From sequence record OQ850291: 51,534 nt of DNA; one strand, written 5' to 3'. The notes below the pieces were generated by a model, which was not told the DNA's origin, made no database searches, and saw only the letters and a list, made by a program, of their open reading frames with translations. Of the stretch, positions 1-10,800 are shown one piece after another (position 1 is the stretch's first letter; every line of letters begins with the position of its first letter). This stretch comes from Escherichia phage vB_EcoS_ULIM2. The translations under genes were made by a program, and so were the position numbers.

Positions 1-127
1 GATTGATGGCATTCGTCATGTTGTCGTTGATGCTCGCCCGGTTCAGGCGTCACTGGAACCAATCGCCTATCGTCCAGTATTGCGGAGGGTATCAGTAGGT
101 GGCTAATTATCAAATTCGTAGATTTCA
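1..127. repeat. Terminal direct repeat; 1-127 is identical to 51408-51534 (circular or terminally redundant genome)
   Basis: Exact 127-nt identity between the two window ends, read directly; the upstream extent is unknown because the window begins here. Confidence 0.9.
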
Positions 128-542
128 AGGTGAGATTGATGCGTGGATTAAGGCCGCAGAAAGCACGTTAGAACATGCTATTGAGATATTCGTAAGGGAT
201 GTTCACAACGCTCTTGTTAGTCGATCTCCTGTCGATACAGGTCGTTTCAAGGGCAACTGGCAGATAACCTTTAACGAGATACCTAACCACGCATTAAACC
301 GATACGATAAAACTGGCGGTGTCGTCAGAGGTGAGGAGCAAGCCAAAACTTATGGCATGTTCAGCCGTGGCGGCGCGATAACATCAGTTCACTTTTCAAA
401 CATGTTGATTTATGCAAACGCTCTTGAGTACGGTCATTCACAGCAAGCACCGAGCGGCGTTGTCGGTCTTGTGGCATTAAGGCTGAGATCATATATGGCT
501 GACGCAATCAAGCAGGCAAGGAGACAGCAAAATGCACTATGA
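99..542 (+). CDS. Putative head-tail joining/neck protein (147 aa)
   Basis: GTG start with GGAGGG 9 nt upstream, overlapping the stop of the preceding gene; lies between capsid and major tail genes. Function inferred from position only. Confidence 0.4.
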   Translation: MANYQIRRFQGEIDAWIKAAESTLEHAIEIFVRDVHNALVSRSPVDTGRFKGNWQITFNEIPNHALNRYDKTGGVVRGEEQAKTYGMFSRGGAITSVHFSNMLIYANALEYGHSQQAPSGVVGLVALRLRSYMADAIKQARRQQNAL

Positions 543-930
543 GTTATCAGCGGCGGCGCGATCCGCTTTTCTATCAAAGTACAGAGACTTTCCTCACTAC
601 ATGGAAAACAGAAATTTCACACCGCCTAAGGATGGCGGTATGTGGCTGAGGTTCAACTACATTGAAGGGGACACGCTTTATATATCCATTGACAGAAAGT
701 GTAAATCTTACATCGCAATCGTTCAGATCGGCGTAGTGTTCCCTCCAGGCTCCGGCGTTGACGAGGCAAGATTGAAAGCAAAAGAGATTGCTGATTTTTT
801 CAAAGATGGTAAAATGCTTAACGTTGGTTATATTTTCGAGGGTGCAATCGTGCATCAAATTGTTAAACATGAAAGCGGGTGGATGATTCCGGTTCGCTTT
901 ACAGTACGAGTAGACACAAAGGAGACTTAA
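532..930 (+). CDS. Putative tail terminator/neck protein (132 aa)
   Basis: ATG at 532 with AAGGAG-like RBS; overlaps the upstream stop; immediately precedes the major tail gene. Confidence 0.4.
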   Translation: MHYELSAAARSAFLSKYRDFPHYMENRNFTPPKDGGMWLRFNYIEGDTLYISIDRKCKSYIAIVQIGVVFPPGSGVDEARLKAKEIADFFKDGKMLNVGYIFEGAIVHQIVKHESGWMIPVRFTVRVDTKET

Positions 931-932
931 TT

Positions 933-1601
933 ATGCACTTACCAAATGGCGCACAAATTTTCGTGGAAACCTCTCGCGGAGAAGAGATTGAGGCGACCGC
1001 TATCACTAACGCAAAAAATCCTGTTGCTACAGTTGCATCTAAAGGTGACTTAGTAAAAGGCGATTACGTTATTGTAACTCAGTCAACTTGGGCTAAGATG
1101 GCTAGTCGAGTGCTAATTGTTACTGAAGCTCAGGAAACAAGCATCACCCTTGCTGGAATTGACACCTCTGATACTCTTGTTTTTCCGGCTGGCGGTACGA
1201 TGAGCTTTGCAAAAATTACTGGCTGGACTGAGATTCCTTGCGTTCAGGAGATTGGTCAGGACGGCGGAGAGCAGCAGTATTACACTTATCAGTGTTTGTC
1301 CGACGATAAAGAGCAGCAGATCCCAACGTTTAAATCTGCGGTATCGCTAACGTACACTTTCGCGCACGAATTTGATAACCCTATCTACCCGATTCTGCGC
1401 AAGCTGGATTCGTCTGGTCAGGTAACAGCGGTTCGAATGTACGTTCCGAAAGCGAGCGAAATGCGTATGTGGGCTGGTATCTTGTCGTTTAACGATATTC
1501 CATCCACGCAGGTTAACGAAATGGAAACGGTGGAACTCGCCGTATCCCTGAAAGGTGACTTTACTTTCATTTCCTCCACTCTGGCATCGCCTGGTGCTTA
1601 A
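933..1601 (+). CDS. Major tail (tube) protein (222 aa)
   Basis: ATG at 933 preceded by AGGAG; directly upstream of the chaperone frameshift pair and tape measure gene; followed by a strong terminator. The track ORF starts at 879 inside the previous gene. Confidence 0.55.
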   Translation: MHLPNGAQIFVETSRGEEIEATAITNAKNPVATVASKGDLVKGDYVIVTQSTWAKMASRVLIVTEAQETSITLAGIDTSDTLVFPAGGTMSFAKITGWTEIPCVQEIGQDGGEQQYYTYQCLSDDKEQQIPTFKSAVSLTYTFAHEFDNPIYPILRKLDSSGQVTAVRMYVPKASEMRMWAGILSFNDIPSTQVNEMETVELAVSLKGDFTFISSTLASPGA

Positions 1602-1613
1602 ATCCTATCCATA

Positions 1614-1640
1614 GGGGGCTTGCGCCCCCTTATTCATTTC
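1614..1640 (+). terminator. Rho-independent terminator after the major tail gene
   Basis: GGGGGC-ttgc-GCCCCC hairpin followed by a T-rich tract. Confidence 0.6.
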
Positions 1641-1677
1641 TGTAAAATCATCCTATCAACTTTATTCACTTAACTTT

Positions 1678-1692
1678 TAACAAAAAGTGCTA
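1678..1692 (-). promoter_or_regulatory. Conserved palindromic box (TAGCAC-N4-TGTTA) in leftward orientation
   Basis: Reads TAACAAAAAGTGCTA on the plus strand, 24 nt before the chaperone ATG; a TAGGAT -10 candidate lies 22 bp to the left (1650-1655). Confidence 0.4.
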
Positions 1693-1714
1693 TCAACCAA
1701 TCAGGAGAAACATC

Positions 1715-2032
1715 ATGGCTAAATTCAATTTCGTGTTGGGCCAGCTTCCAGACTTCAAACTTCCGGTGACGTTCACCATGCCAAACGGCGAGGATGCGAC
1801 TATTATTTTTACAGTACGCCACCTTTCCAGTAAAGAAGTGCAAGATATGTATGCGAAGCAGGGCGAAATGAATGATAGCGATTTCATCACTAAGATCGCG
1901 TCAGGCTGGAATCTGGAAGAAGAATTTAACGAAGAGAATGCGCGTAAACTGGTGCAGTATTATCCTTCCGCAGCATACAATCTGACGGCAACTTACATCA
2001 AGGCGCTCGCCGGACACCGCGCAAAAAACTAA
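1715..2032 (+). CDS. Tail assembly chaperone (lambda G-like, 105 aa)
   Basis: ATG at 1715 with AGGAG RBS; located between major tail and tape measure genes; ends at TAA just after a slippery heptamer. Confidence 0.65.
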   Translation: MAKFNFVLGQLPDFKLPVTFTMPNGEDATIIFTVRHLSSKEVQDMYAKQGEMNDSDFITKIASGWNLEEEFNEENARKLVQYYPSAAYNLTATYIKALAGHRAKN

Positions 2033-2349
2033 AAAGGGCGGTTTATCTGTTATATCAGAAACCGCCGACAGAAGAGCAATTGCGATCGGTTGGCCTCAGT
2101 CTTTCTGACTATGAAGACGAGGAGCCGGAAACGATAATCGGCGATGCTGAAATGGTGAAGGCGTGGAATGTTTTTACGTCAATGCTCACTCAGTGGAGAA
2201 GTTCAGGCGCTGGAGCCTATGGTCTTGACTATAATGTTTTGCCTATGTTGTTCAAAATCTATAAAATAGAAGATGAAGAACTGGCATTGCAGGACGTTAG
2301 AATCATGGAAGCGAAAGCGCTTGAAATGATTGCTAAGCAAAACAACTAA
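1715..2349 (+). CDS. Tail assembly chaperone frameshift product (lambda GT-like), -1 shift at 2023-2029
   Basis: After a -1 slip at A_AAA_AAC the reading frame runs without stop into ORF 2080..2349; this is the conserved G/GT arrangement of tailed phages. Confidence 0.55.
2023..2066 (+). other. Programmed -1 ribosomal frameshift signal (slippery heptamer plus hairpin)
   Basis: A_AAA_AAC at 2023-2029 directly before the TAA at 2030-2032; 7-nt spacer; 8-bp stem GGCGGTTT/AAACCGCC at 2037-2044 and 2059-2066 with a 14-nt loop. Confidence 0.6.
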
Positions 2350-2370
2350 GCCGCCGTTTGGCGGTTTTTT
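2350..2370 (+). terminator. Terminator/attenuator hairpin between the chaperone genes and the tape measure gene
   Basis: CCGCC-gttt-GGCGG followed by TTTTTT, directly after the GT stop. Confidence 0.5.
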
Positions 2371-2387
2371 CGTATATAGGGGGTTAT

Positions 2388-5261
2388 ATGGTTGATAAGG
2401 TAGCAGGTCTGTCGCTTGACGTTGATGTGTCAACAGTGCAGCGCGCAGTCAAGTCACTGAAAGAGTTTTCAAAGGCCAACGACCAGGCCGCTGATTCTAT
2501 GGGTTCTTTAATCAATGAGTCAGAGGTTGCAAAACAGAAGGCCAAAGAACACGCTGAGCAACTTAAGCGCCAGCGCAAAGAGTACGAGGCTGTAGAGAAG
2601 GCAATCGATCCTACAGTATCAAAAATGGAAAGGTTGAAGATTGCATCTCAGCAGCTTGATAAACTCTGGCAGCAGGGAGTCGTTCCAGATGAGACTTTTT
2701 TCCGTTTGGGTGAAATGCTGGATCTGCAAAACGCAAAACTTGCTCGCAGCCGGGCTATGCTTACGGAAGAAGGTCAGGCGGCATTGCAGGAAGCGAAAGC
2801 AAAAGAGCAGGCGGCAGCACGAAGCAAGGCGTTCATGGATGCCCTGAATGGTCAAGTTAACGCGATCGGCAAGACTCATGCTGAATTGATGGAACTGAAA
2901 GCGGCTGAGCTTGGTTTATCGAAAGAAGCAGCACCACTAATCGCAAAACTTAAAGATCAAGGCCGGGCTATGAATGCAGCAGGTATTAGCGCCGGGGAAT
3001 ACAGGCAAGCAATGCGAATGCTTCCTGCACAGATTACCGACGTCGTTACATCACTTGCGTCAGGCATGCCAGTTTGGATGGTTGCCATCCAGCAAGGCGG
3101 TCAAATCAAGGACTCGTTCGGCGGGATCGGTAATACGTTTAAAGTGTTGCTGAGTTATATTAATCCAGTCACAGCAGGGGTTGGCGTTCTCGTTGGCTCG
3201 TTAGGTCTTCTGGCGAAAGCTGGTTATGACTCTTACAAGTCAATAACTGATATTCAGAATGCGCTTATTGAGACTGGCGGTTATGCAGGTGTTACGGCTG
3301 AAGATCTTGATTCAGTGTCTAAAAAGATCGCGCAGACAAGCAACTCAACCATTGGGAGTATTCGCGAGATTGTAACGGAGTTGGCGAGTTCTGGTAAGTA
3401 CACCCGCGAGCAGATCCAGAACATCACTAAGGCGACGGCAGAGTGGTCGGCAGCAACTGGAAAATCAGCAAGCCAAATCATTGCTGAGTTCGACAAAATC
3501 GCAAGCGATCCGGTCAAAGGTCTGGAGAAGTTAAACGAACAATATAACTTCCTTGAAAAAGGTCAACTGACCTATATCGACACGTTAAGCCGGACGAAGG
3601 GTGAAACCGAAGCAGTATCTGAAGCAACGAAATTATTCGCCGACGTAATGGAAAAGCGAATGAAGTCGATCGCGGATAACGCCACACCCCTGGAAAAAAT
3701 GTGGAGCGATATTAAACAATGGGCTTCGGACGCGTGGGGATGGGTTGGAGATCATACACTTGGGGCACTAAACCTGATTATCGACGTTGTTCAGGGTACA
3801 GTGATTCAGGTTAAAATGATTCTTGCGAAGGGTGATGAGTACATCTCAAACTTTATCGCCTCAGCCATAAAGGCAACTCAGTCACTGCCTGGAATGAGTG
3901 ATTTCGGCGCTGATATACTGAAGGAGCAGGAGAATATTGTAAAAAGTTCTCGCGACAACTACGATCAGTTGGCTTCAGAGCTTGATGCTATTAACGCTCG
4001 CGTAGAAAAAGGCGAGATGGGATACGTTGAAGCGATGAAGCAGCGTCGCACTCTTGAAAAGCAGTATAGTGAGGAAACTAAGGAGGCAATAAGGAAAGAA
4101 GCGGAGGAGATCGAGAAGCGAAACCGAGAAAGAAATAAGCAGTCGAAAATTGTCCGCTCGCCGACAGAGCAATTCGACAAGGAGTTAATTTCACTCAAGG
4201 CTCAACTTAAGGTACTGCAGGAGCACAAGGAGATCGGGCAAAAACTTTCTGCCCAGAGAAAGGCGCTGTTTACTACTGAGGCTACGATCGCTGTTCTTCG
4301 CGAAGCTAGTTCTAAGCGTCAGTTGTCTGCGGAAGAAAAAGCGTTGCTGGCAAGTCAGGAGAGAGTTGTAGAACTTGCTAAACAGAAGGCTGAGATTGGC
4401 GATCAGATTGTCAAGCAACAGCAGTTGAACGCACTTACCGACAAGTCACTGAAGTTTGTCAATGAGATGACGGCGGCGACGGAACAGCTTAACGCTTCAC
4501 GCGGTCTTAGCACGCGAGAAATGGAGCGACAAGCGGAATTAGCTAAAATAACCACTGATTATATCAATGCTGGCGGCGGTGAAGGAGACGAAAAACTACA
4601 GAACATGATCAAGGCGCAGAATGATTACTACGCTGCGGAAGATGCCAAACGCGCTGACTGGTTGGCTGGCGCTGAAAGCGCATTCGCTGATTACGGCGAC
4701 TCTGCAATGGATATGTACGGAAACGTTAATGAGATCGCATCAAGTGCTCTAAACGGTATGACGGACATGATGGTTCAGTTCCTCACTACCGGGAAAGCAA
4801 ACTTTGCTGACTTTGCTAAAAATATCATCAGCATGATTATAAAGATGATTGCTCAAATGGTAATCTTCAATACGATCTCAGGAATGATGGGCGGTAAGAC
4901 GTGGAGCTTTGCTGGAGGGGCTTCGTCTGGTGCTTCTGCGGCATCACAGGCAACCCCTGCGCCTGCTGCTTCTGTTTTTAGATCTGTATCTTCCGGCGGG
5001 GTCGCTGTATCACTTGCTGCCGCAGCGGGTAGCGTGGCAACATCTGGATTCAACGCATCAAACTCGGCTCCAAAGGTGGTAAACCATTCAGGAGGTGGAA
5101 CGGTCGTTGACGTTAGCGGAATGGAGGTGAAAGTTGACAACGGTTCAGATCCGAGGGGGATTTCTCATGGTGTAGAAATGATGTTCAAAAAAATGATTCG
5201 TGAGTCTTGTTCGCAGGGCGGCGAGGTTTATAATTACATTCAGGAAAAAACAGGAGGTTAA
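2388..5261 (+). CDS. Tail tape measure protein (957 aa)
   Basis: Largest tail-region ORF; long coiled-coil-like E/K/Q-rich middle and Gly/Ala/Ser-rich C-terminal part; ATG at 2388 with AGGGGG RBS. Confidence 0.8.
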   Translation: MVDKVAGLSLDVDVSTVQRAVKSLKEFSKANDQAADSMGSLINESEVAKQKAKEHAEQLKRQRKEYEAVEKAIDPTVSKMERLKIASQQLDKLWQQGVVPDETFFRLGEMLDLQNAKLARSRAMLTEEGQAALQEAKAKEQAAARSKAFMDALNGQVNAIGKTHAELMELKAAELGLSKEAAPLIAKLKDQGRAMNAAGISAGEYRQAMRMLPAQITDVVTSLASGMPVWMVAIQQGGQIKDSFGGIGNTFKVLLSYINPVTAGVGVLVGSLGLLAKAGYDSYKSITDIQNALIETGGYAGVTAEDLDSVSKKIAQTSNSTIGSIREIVTELASSGKYTREQIQNITKATAEWSAATGKSASQIIAEFDKIASDPVKGLEKLNEQYNFLEKGQLTYIDTLSRTKGETEAVSEATKLFADVMEKRMKSIADNATPLEKMWSDIKQWASDAWGWVGDHTLGALNLIIDVVQGTVIQVKMILAKGDEYISNFIASAIKATQSLPGMSDFGADILKEQENIVKSSRDNYDQLASELDAINARVEKGEMGYVEAMKQRRTLEKQYSEETKEAIRKEAEEIEKRNRERNKQSKIVRSPTEQFDKELISLKAQLKVLQEHKEIGQKLSAQRKALFTTEATIAVLREASSKRQLSAEEKALLASQERVVELAKQKAEIGDQIVKQQQLNALTDKSLKFVNEMTAATEQLNASRGLSTREMERQAELAKITTDYINAGGGEGDEKLQNMIKAQNDYYAAEDAKRADWLAGAESAFADYGDSAMDMYGNVNEIASSALNGMTDMMVQFLTTGKANFADFAKNIISMIIKMIAQMVIFNTISGMMGGKTWSFAGGASSGASAASQATPAPAASVFRSVSSGGVAVSLAAAAGSVATSGFNASNSAPKVVNHSGGGTVVDVSGMEVKVDNGSDPRGISHGVEMMFKKMIRESCSQGGEVYNYIQEKTGG

Positions 5262-5263
5262 TA

Positions 5264-5617
5264 ATGGCGACACTTGACACTTTCGGTTGGTGTACGCAGG
5301 TTCAAGGGGGCGGTGGCTCCCTTACCACTACCAATAATGACCGCTCTATCCAGTTCGGTAACGGGTACATGCAGCTTGCGTCATCTGGATTTAACACCAC
5401 GCGGCGTGAGTATTCAGTCGTCTATGCCGGGGAAGATTTCATGGCTGTTTACGACTTCTGCAACTCTCACCGCATAAAGCCGTTCGCATGGACTCCACCG
5501 GACGGTAAGATCGGGGTATGGGTAGTCAAGCCTAACAGCTTGGGTGCTAAGCCAGTATCACGCGACGTGATGGAGATTAACGTCACGTTTATGGAGCAGT
5601 TTACATCTATGGAGTAG
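5264..5617 (+). CDS. Minor tail protein (lambda M-like, 117 aa)
   Basis: Directly follows the tape measure gene; contains FGNGY and WTPPDG motifs like lambda gpM (WTPP). Confidence 0.7.
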   Translation: MATLDTFGWCTQVQGGGGSLTTTNNDRSIQFGNGYMQLASSGFNTTRREYSVVYAGEDFMAVYDFCNSHRIKPFAWTPPDGKIGVWVVKPNSLGAKPVSRDVMEINVTFMEQFTSME

Positions 5618-5633
5618 CACATCATGACAAAAG

Positions 5634-5655
5634 CCCGCCTTGCGCGGGTTTTTTT
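5634..5655 (+). terminator. Terminator hairpin inside the tail gene cluster
   Basis: CCCGC-cttgc-GCGGG followed by 7 T; the same hairpin recurs at 7813-7835; followed by TGTAGAAT -10-like element. Confidence 0.55.
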
Positions 5656-5696
5656 GTAGCTGTAGAATGGTTGCAGGCAAACAAGAGGAAAAATCA

Positions 5697-6479
5697 ATGA
5701 GAGAAAACAAAAAACTGTATGATGAAGAAAGCGGAAAGAGCCTGTTTCATAACTGCCTGCAATCACTGTATCCTGGAGAGATAATCACTCTGATCGAAGT
5801 GGATGGCAGCAAGTTCGGCGCTCAAGTGTACCGATTCCACGGGGAGAATATCCAGTACACTCCAGAAGAAATAATGCAGGCCCAGCAAACAGGAACACTG
5901 CCGCCGAAAGAAATTACATTCCGTGGCGAGCAATATGGGGCGAGGCCGTTCGGTATATCCGGTATCTCGTTCGACAGTTCCGGCAAGGCGACTAAACCAC
6001 AGTTGACAGTGGCAAATATTGATAGCAGAGTGTCGGCAATGATTCGCGCATATAACGGATTGATGCAGGCGAAGGTGACAATCTGGATCACTCAAAAGGA
6101 CTTAATTCAACCTGACGGCTCAATCGCTGATGGAGCTTACCGTAAACTGGTATACTATATCGAACGCCCGAGCTATGTCGATAAGAGTGTCGCTCGTTTC
6201 GATCTCACGTCTCCGTATGATATGGATGGCATCATGATACCATCTCGACTAACGCAAAGCGTTTGCTATTTTGCACAAAGAGGATGGTATAAAACCGGGA
6301 AAGGGTGCGGATACAACGGGCAAAATGGTTACTTCGATAAAGACAATAATCCTGTAGAAGATCCCGCGCTCGACTTCTGCCCGGGAACGGTAACTGCCTG
6401 CCGCCTGCGGTTCGGTGCAAACAATGAATTGGATTTTGGCGGCTGTGCTGTCGCTTCACTACAGAGGAAAAATCAATGA
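5697..6479 (+). CDS. Minor tail protein (lambda L-like, 260 aa)
   Basis: Synteny M-L-K-I-J; Cys-rich C-terminal region; ATG at 5697 with AGAGGA RBS (track ORF starts at TTG 5640 inside the terminator). Confidence 0.6.
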   Translation: MRENKKLYDEESGKSLFHNCLQSLYPGEIITLIEVDGSKFGAQVYRFHGENIQYTPEEIMQAQQTGTLPPKEITFRGEQYGARPFGISGISFDSSGKATKPQLTVANIDSRVSAMIRAYNGLMQAKVTIWITQKDLIQPDGSIADGAYRKLVYYIERPSYVDKSVARFDLTSPYDMDGIMIPSRLTQSVCYFAQRGWYKTGKGCGYNGQNGYFDKDNNPVEDPALDFCPGTVTACRLRFGANNELDFGGCAVASLQRKNQ

Positions 6480-7210
6480 TTAGTGCAAAAATTAAACTTG
6501 AAATCATGACCCACGCTCAAGAAGAATACCCACGAGAATGCTGCGGGGTAGTTACACAAAAGGGCCGTGTGCAAAAATACCACAGAGTCGATAATGTGCA
6601 TCGTGATCCTGAAAATCATTTCATGATGGATGCTGTGCAGTACGCATGCATTGAGGACGATGCGGAATCAACCACGATAGCAATTGTTCATAGTCATACC
6701 GGTGACGGAGCTACAACTCTTCCAAGCGCTCACGATACGTGCATGTGTAATGAGATGGAAGTGACCTGGATTATTGTTAGCGTACCGGAAGGAGATATGC
6801 GATTTGTGAAGCCTGAGAAATTACCTCTGATTGGTCGTCCGTGGTCGTTAGGCTCATTTGACTGTTACGGTCTTGTTATGGCTTGGCACAAAGAGCACGG
6901 CGTAGAATTGCGCGATCGAAGGTTGAATTTTGAATGGTGGAAACCTGAGTACGGAATTAATCTCTATCAGGACTATTACAGGAAAGATGGATTTGTTGAA
7001 ATTCCAGATCAGAATAATCCTTCATTTGGTGATATGGTAATCATGCAAATAGGGCAAAATGTTCCGGTGTGGAACCATGCAGGGATTTACCTGGGTGATA
7101 ATCAGATCTTGCATCACGCATTCGGAAAGCTATCACGTCGTGATATTTATTCCGGCTGGTATCAGGATCACACAGTTTTAATTGTTCGCCATAAGGATCT
7201 TAAATTATGA
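6476..7210 (+). CDS. Tail assembly protein (lambda K-like; JAB/MPN metalloprotease plus NlpC/P60-like domain)
   Basis: HSHTGDGATTLPSAHD matches the JAMM HxH...S..D motif; Cys (DCYGLV) and His (NHAGIY) later in the protein; overlapping starts and stops with neighbours. Confidence 0.75.
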   Translation: MISAKIKLEIMTHAQEEYPRECCGVVTQKGRVQKYHRVDNVHRDPENHFMMDAVQYACIEDDAESTTIAIVHSHTGDGATTLPSAHDTCMCNEMEVTWIIVSVPEGDMRFVKPEKLPLIGRPWSLGSFDCYGLVMAWHKEHGVELRDRRLNFEWWKPEYGINLYQDYYRKDGFVEIPDQNNPSFGDMVIMQIGQNVPVWNHAGIYLGDNQILHHAFGKLSRRDIYSGWYQDHTVLIVRHKDLKL

Positions 7211-7806
7211 ATGATGTAAAAGTAATCAAGTTATCCGGTTCGCTTGGTAGGCGCTTCGGTGTCTTTCACCGCTTTGCTGTTGACTCTTACCCGGAAGCCA
7301 TTCGTGCACTATCCAGTCAGGTAGATGGATTTAAAGAATACATGCAAAGCGAGGTAGGATCGCGCAGCAAGTTTGCAATATTTGTGGATGGCGTTAACGT
7401 GGGCCACCATGAAGAGGAAAAATTCAAGTGCGCGAAAGAGATAAGAATCGTACCGATACCTACTGGCTCTAAGACAGGAGGTCTATTCCAGGTTGTATTG
7501 GGCGCGGCAATAATGGTTGCAGCATTCTATACTGGCGGCGCGTCTCTGGCTTTAATGGGTACAATGTCCTCGTCTCTGTTTATGATGGGCGGCGCTATGG
7601 TGCTGGGCGGCGTGGTGCAGATGATTTCACCGCAGCCGGGTGGCGCAAACTTTGAAGTTCAATCAAGCAAGAATAAACCTTCGTACGCGTTCGGCGGTGC
7701 TGTCAATACGACGGCGGCGGGATACCCTCTCCCGGTCCCGTATGGATATCGCGCCGGAGGTGGCGCAACTTTCTCAGCAGGTTCTTATGCCGAGGATATG
7801 AGTTAA
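7207..7806 (+). CDS. Tail assembly protein (lambda I-like, 199 aa)
   Basis: Position between K-like and J-like genes; Gly/Ala-rich hydrophobic C-terminal half. Confidence 0.55.
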   Translation: MNDVKVIKLSGSLGRRFGVFHRFAVDSYPEAIRALSSQVDGFKEYMQSEVGSRSKFAIFVDGVNVGHHEEEKFKCAKEIRIVPIPTGSKTGGLFQVVLGAAIMVAAFYTGGASLALMGTMSSSLFMMGGAMVLGGVVQMISPQPGGANFEVQSSKNKPSYAFGGAVNTTAAGYPLPVPYGYRAGGGATFSAGSYAEDMS

Positions 7807-7812
7807 AATTAA

Positions 7813-7835
7813 CCCGCCTTGCGCGGGTTTTTTTT
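7813..7835 (+). terminator. Terminator hairpin before the tail tip gene (same sequence as at 5634)
   Basis: CCCGC-cttgc-GCGGG followed by 8 T; followed by TATAAT at 7842-7847 and a TAGCAC half-box at 7863-7868. Confidence 0.55.
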
Positions 7836-7883
7836 CGCCTGTATAATGAGTCCACCGATAAATAGCACAAAAAGGTAAACATC

Positions 7884-10800
7884 ATGATTCAAAAAGTGAT
7901 AAGCGGATCTAAAGGTGGGTCACAGAAGCCTCATAACCCAGTTGAGATGGAAGACAATCTAATCTCAATCAACAAAATCAAGATCCTGTTGGCTGTATCT
8001 GATGGTGAAATTGACGAAACATTCAACCTAAAGCAGTTGATGTTTAACTCAGTTCCGGTGCAAAACGAGGATGGATCGTTCAACTTCGAAGGGGTAAAGG
8101 CTGAATTCAGGCCGGGAACTCAGACGCAGGAATACATCAAGGGAATGGAAGATAGCTCTAGTGAGGTAACTGTAAATCGTGAGGTTACTACCGATAACCC
8201 ATACACGATCTCAGTAACCAACAAAACGCTGTCGGCAATCCGTATCAAGATGTTCATGCCTCGCGGCGTACGAATTGAAAGTAACGGTGATAAAAATGGC
8301 GTAAGAGTTGAGTATGAGGTGCAACAAGCTGTTGATGGCGGCTCGTTTGAGACGGTGCTCACCGATGTAATCGAAGGCAAAACAATGTCAGGTTACGATC
8401 GAAGCAGACGTGTAAACCTACCTAACTTCAACAATCAGGTGATATTCAGAGTGGTTCGGAAAACTCCAGACTCTAACGACTCGAACGTTGTTGACGCGAT
8501 TCAGGTAAAGAGCTATGCCGAGGTGATTGATGCTAAATTCCGTTATCCACTGACTGGTCTTCTTTTTGTCGAGTTTGATTCGAAGATGTTCCCAAACCAG
8601 TTACCTACGATCTCAATTCGTAAGCGCTGGAAGATTGTAAACGTTCCGTCAAACTATGATCCAGAATCACGAACTTATAACGGAAATTGGGATGGAACTT
8701 TTAAGAAGGCATGGACGAATAATCCGGCTTGGGTGCTTTATGACCTGATGATTAATCAGCGTTATGGACTGGATCAGAAAGAGCTTGGTATCGCTGTAGA
8801 CAAATGGGCGCTCTATGAGGCGGCGCAATATTGCGACCAGATGGTCCCTGACGGTAAAGGCGGCACTGAGCCTCGCTACCTTTGCGACGTGATAATTCAG
8901 TCACAGACTGATGCGTACAAGGTGATTCGAGATATTTGCTCAATCTTCCGTGGAATGAGCTTTTGGAATGGTGAAAGCATTTCGGTAATCATCGACAGGC
9001 CGCGTGAACCTGCGTACATCTTCACTAATGACAACGTGGTTAATGGTGACTTCTCCTACACGTTCGCAAGCGAAAAGAGCATGTACACGACGTGTAATGT
9101 GATGTTTGATGATGAACAGAACATGTATCAGCAGGACGTTGAGCCAGTATTCGATCGTGAGGCTACTCTACGGTTTGGTAACAACGTAACGAGCATTACA
9201 GCGATCGGTTGCACACGTCGAAGCGAGGCAAACCGACGCGGGAGGTGGATTCTGAAAACTAACCTCCGCAGCACTACGGTAAACTTCGCTACCGGACTTG
9301 AGGGCATGATCCCGACAATCGGAGATGTTGTGGCAATAGCTGATAATTTCTGGTCAAGTAACTTAACGATGAACCTGTCAGGGCGTTTGCTCGAAGTATC
9401 CGGTAGTCAGATTTTCCTGCCGTTCCGCGTTGATGCTCGCGCAGGTGACTTTATCATCTTAAATAAGCCCGATGGCAAGCCTGTGAAGCGCACAATCTCA
9501 AGTGTTAGTGCGGATGGTAAGACTATAGAGGTTAACATCGGCTTTGGCTTTCCTGTGAAGCCTAACACGGTATTTGCAATCGACCGTACCGACATTGCGT
9601 TGCAGCAGTACGTCGTGACCAAAATCGACAAGGGTGATGATGATGAGGAGTTTACCTACAAGATTACGGCGGTTGAGTACGATCCTAACAAGTATGATGA
9701 GATTGATTACGGAGTTAACATCGACGACCGACCGACGAGCATTGTTGAACCAAATCAGATACCTAGACCGGAAAATGTGCAAGTGTCCTCAGAGTCGAGA
9801 ATCGTTCAGGGGATGAGCGTAGAAACGATGATTGTTAGCTGGGATAAAGTGCCGTACGCAGTTTTCTATGACGTCCAGTGGCGAAAGGATAACGGCAACT
9901 GGCAAAATGTACCGCAGACGGCAAATAAAGAGGTATACGTTGAAGGTATTTACGCTGGCAACTATCAGGTTCGCGTTCGCTCTGTCGCTGGTTCCGGTAC
10001 GACTTCAGGATGGTCAAATATCGTAGCTGCGACGCTGACGGGTAAACAAGGTGAGCCGGGCCGACCGATTAACCTTACAGCTACGGATGATGTTGTTTTT
10101 GGTATCCGTACAAAATGGGGGTTCTCTGATGGTTCTGGAGATACGGCCTATACAGAGTTGCAACAGTCACCGGATGGAACAGTGGATAACGCAAGTTTGC
10201 TTTCTTTGATTCCGTACCCGCAGCATGAGTATTATCACTCACCGATGCCTGGAGGGAATATCGTGTGGTATCGGGTAAGGACGGTTGATAGGATCGGTAA
10301 CGTGTCTCAGTGGACTGATTTTGTCAGAGGTATGGCATCAACAAACGTTGACGATATCATTGGAGAGATTTCTGTCGATATCGAAAACTCGCCGGGTTAC
10401 GAGTGGCTTGTTGATAACGCAACCGACAACGCGGCGCAGAACGCAGCGAACGCAGAGGCAGCAATTGAGAACGCGCTAGCCAATGACAAAGACGCGATCT
10501 ACATGAAGAAGGAGAACGGAAAGCGAAAAGCTGAGTACACGAAATCACTTAAACTTATTGCTGATGAGACGCAGGCGCGAGTGACGTCGATCGAGCAATT
10601 GAAGGCAAGTTTTGGAGATCAGATTAGCGCGAGCAATAGTGAATTGCGCGAGGTTATCGCAACCGAGACTGAGGCACTATCTCGTGAGATTGACCAGCTT
10701 AAGGCTCAGATTGGAGACGATATTCAGGCAAGTTTAACAGATATCCGCAAGGCTATAGCAAACGAGACTGAGGCTAGAACGCAAGCTGATCTTACTTTGA

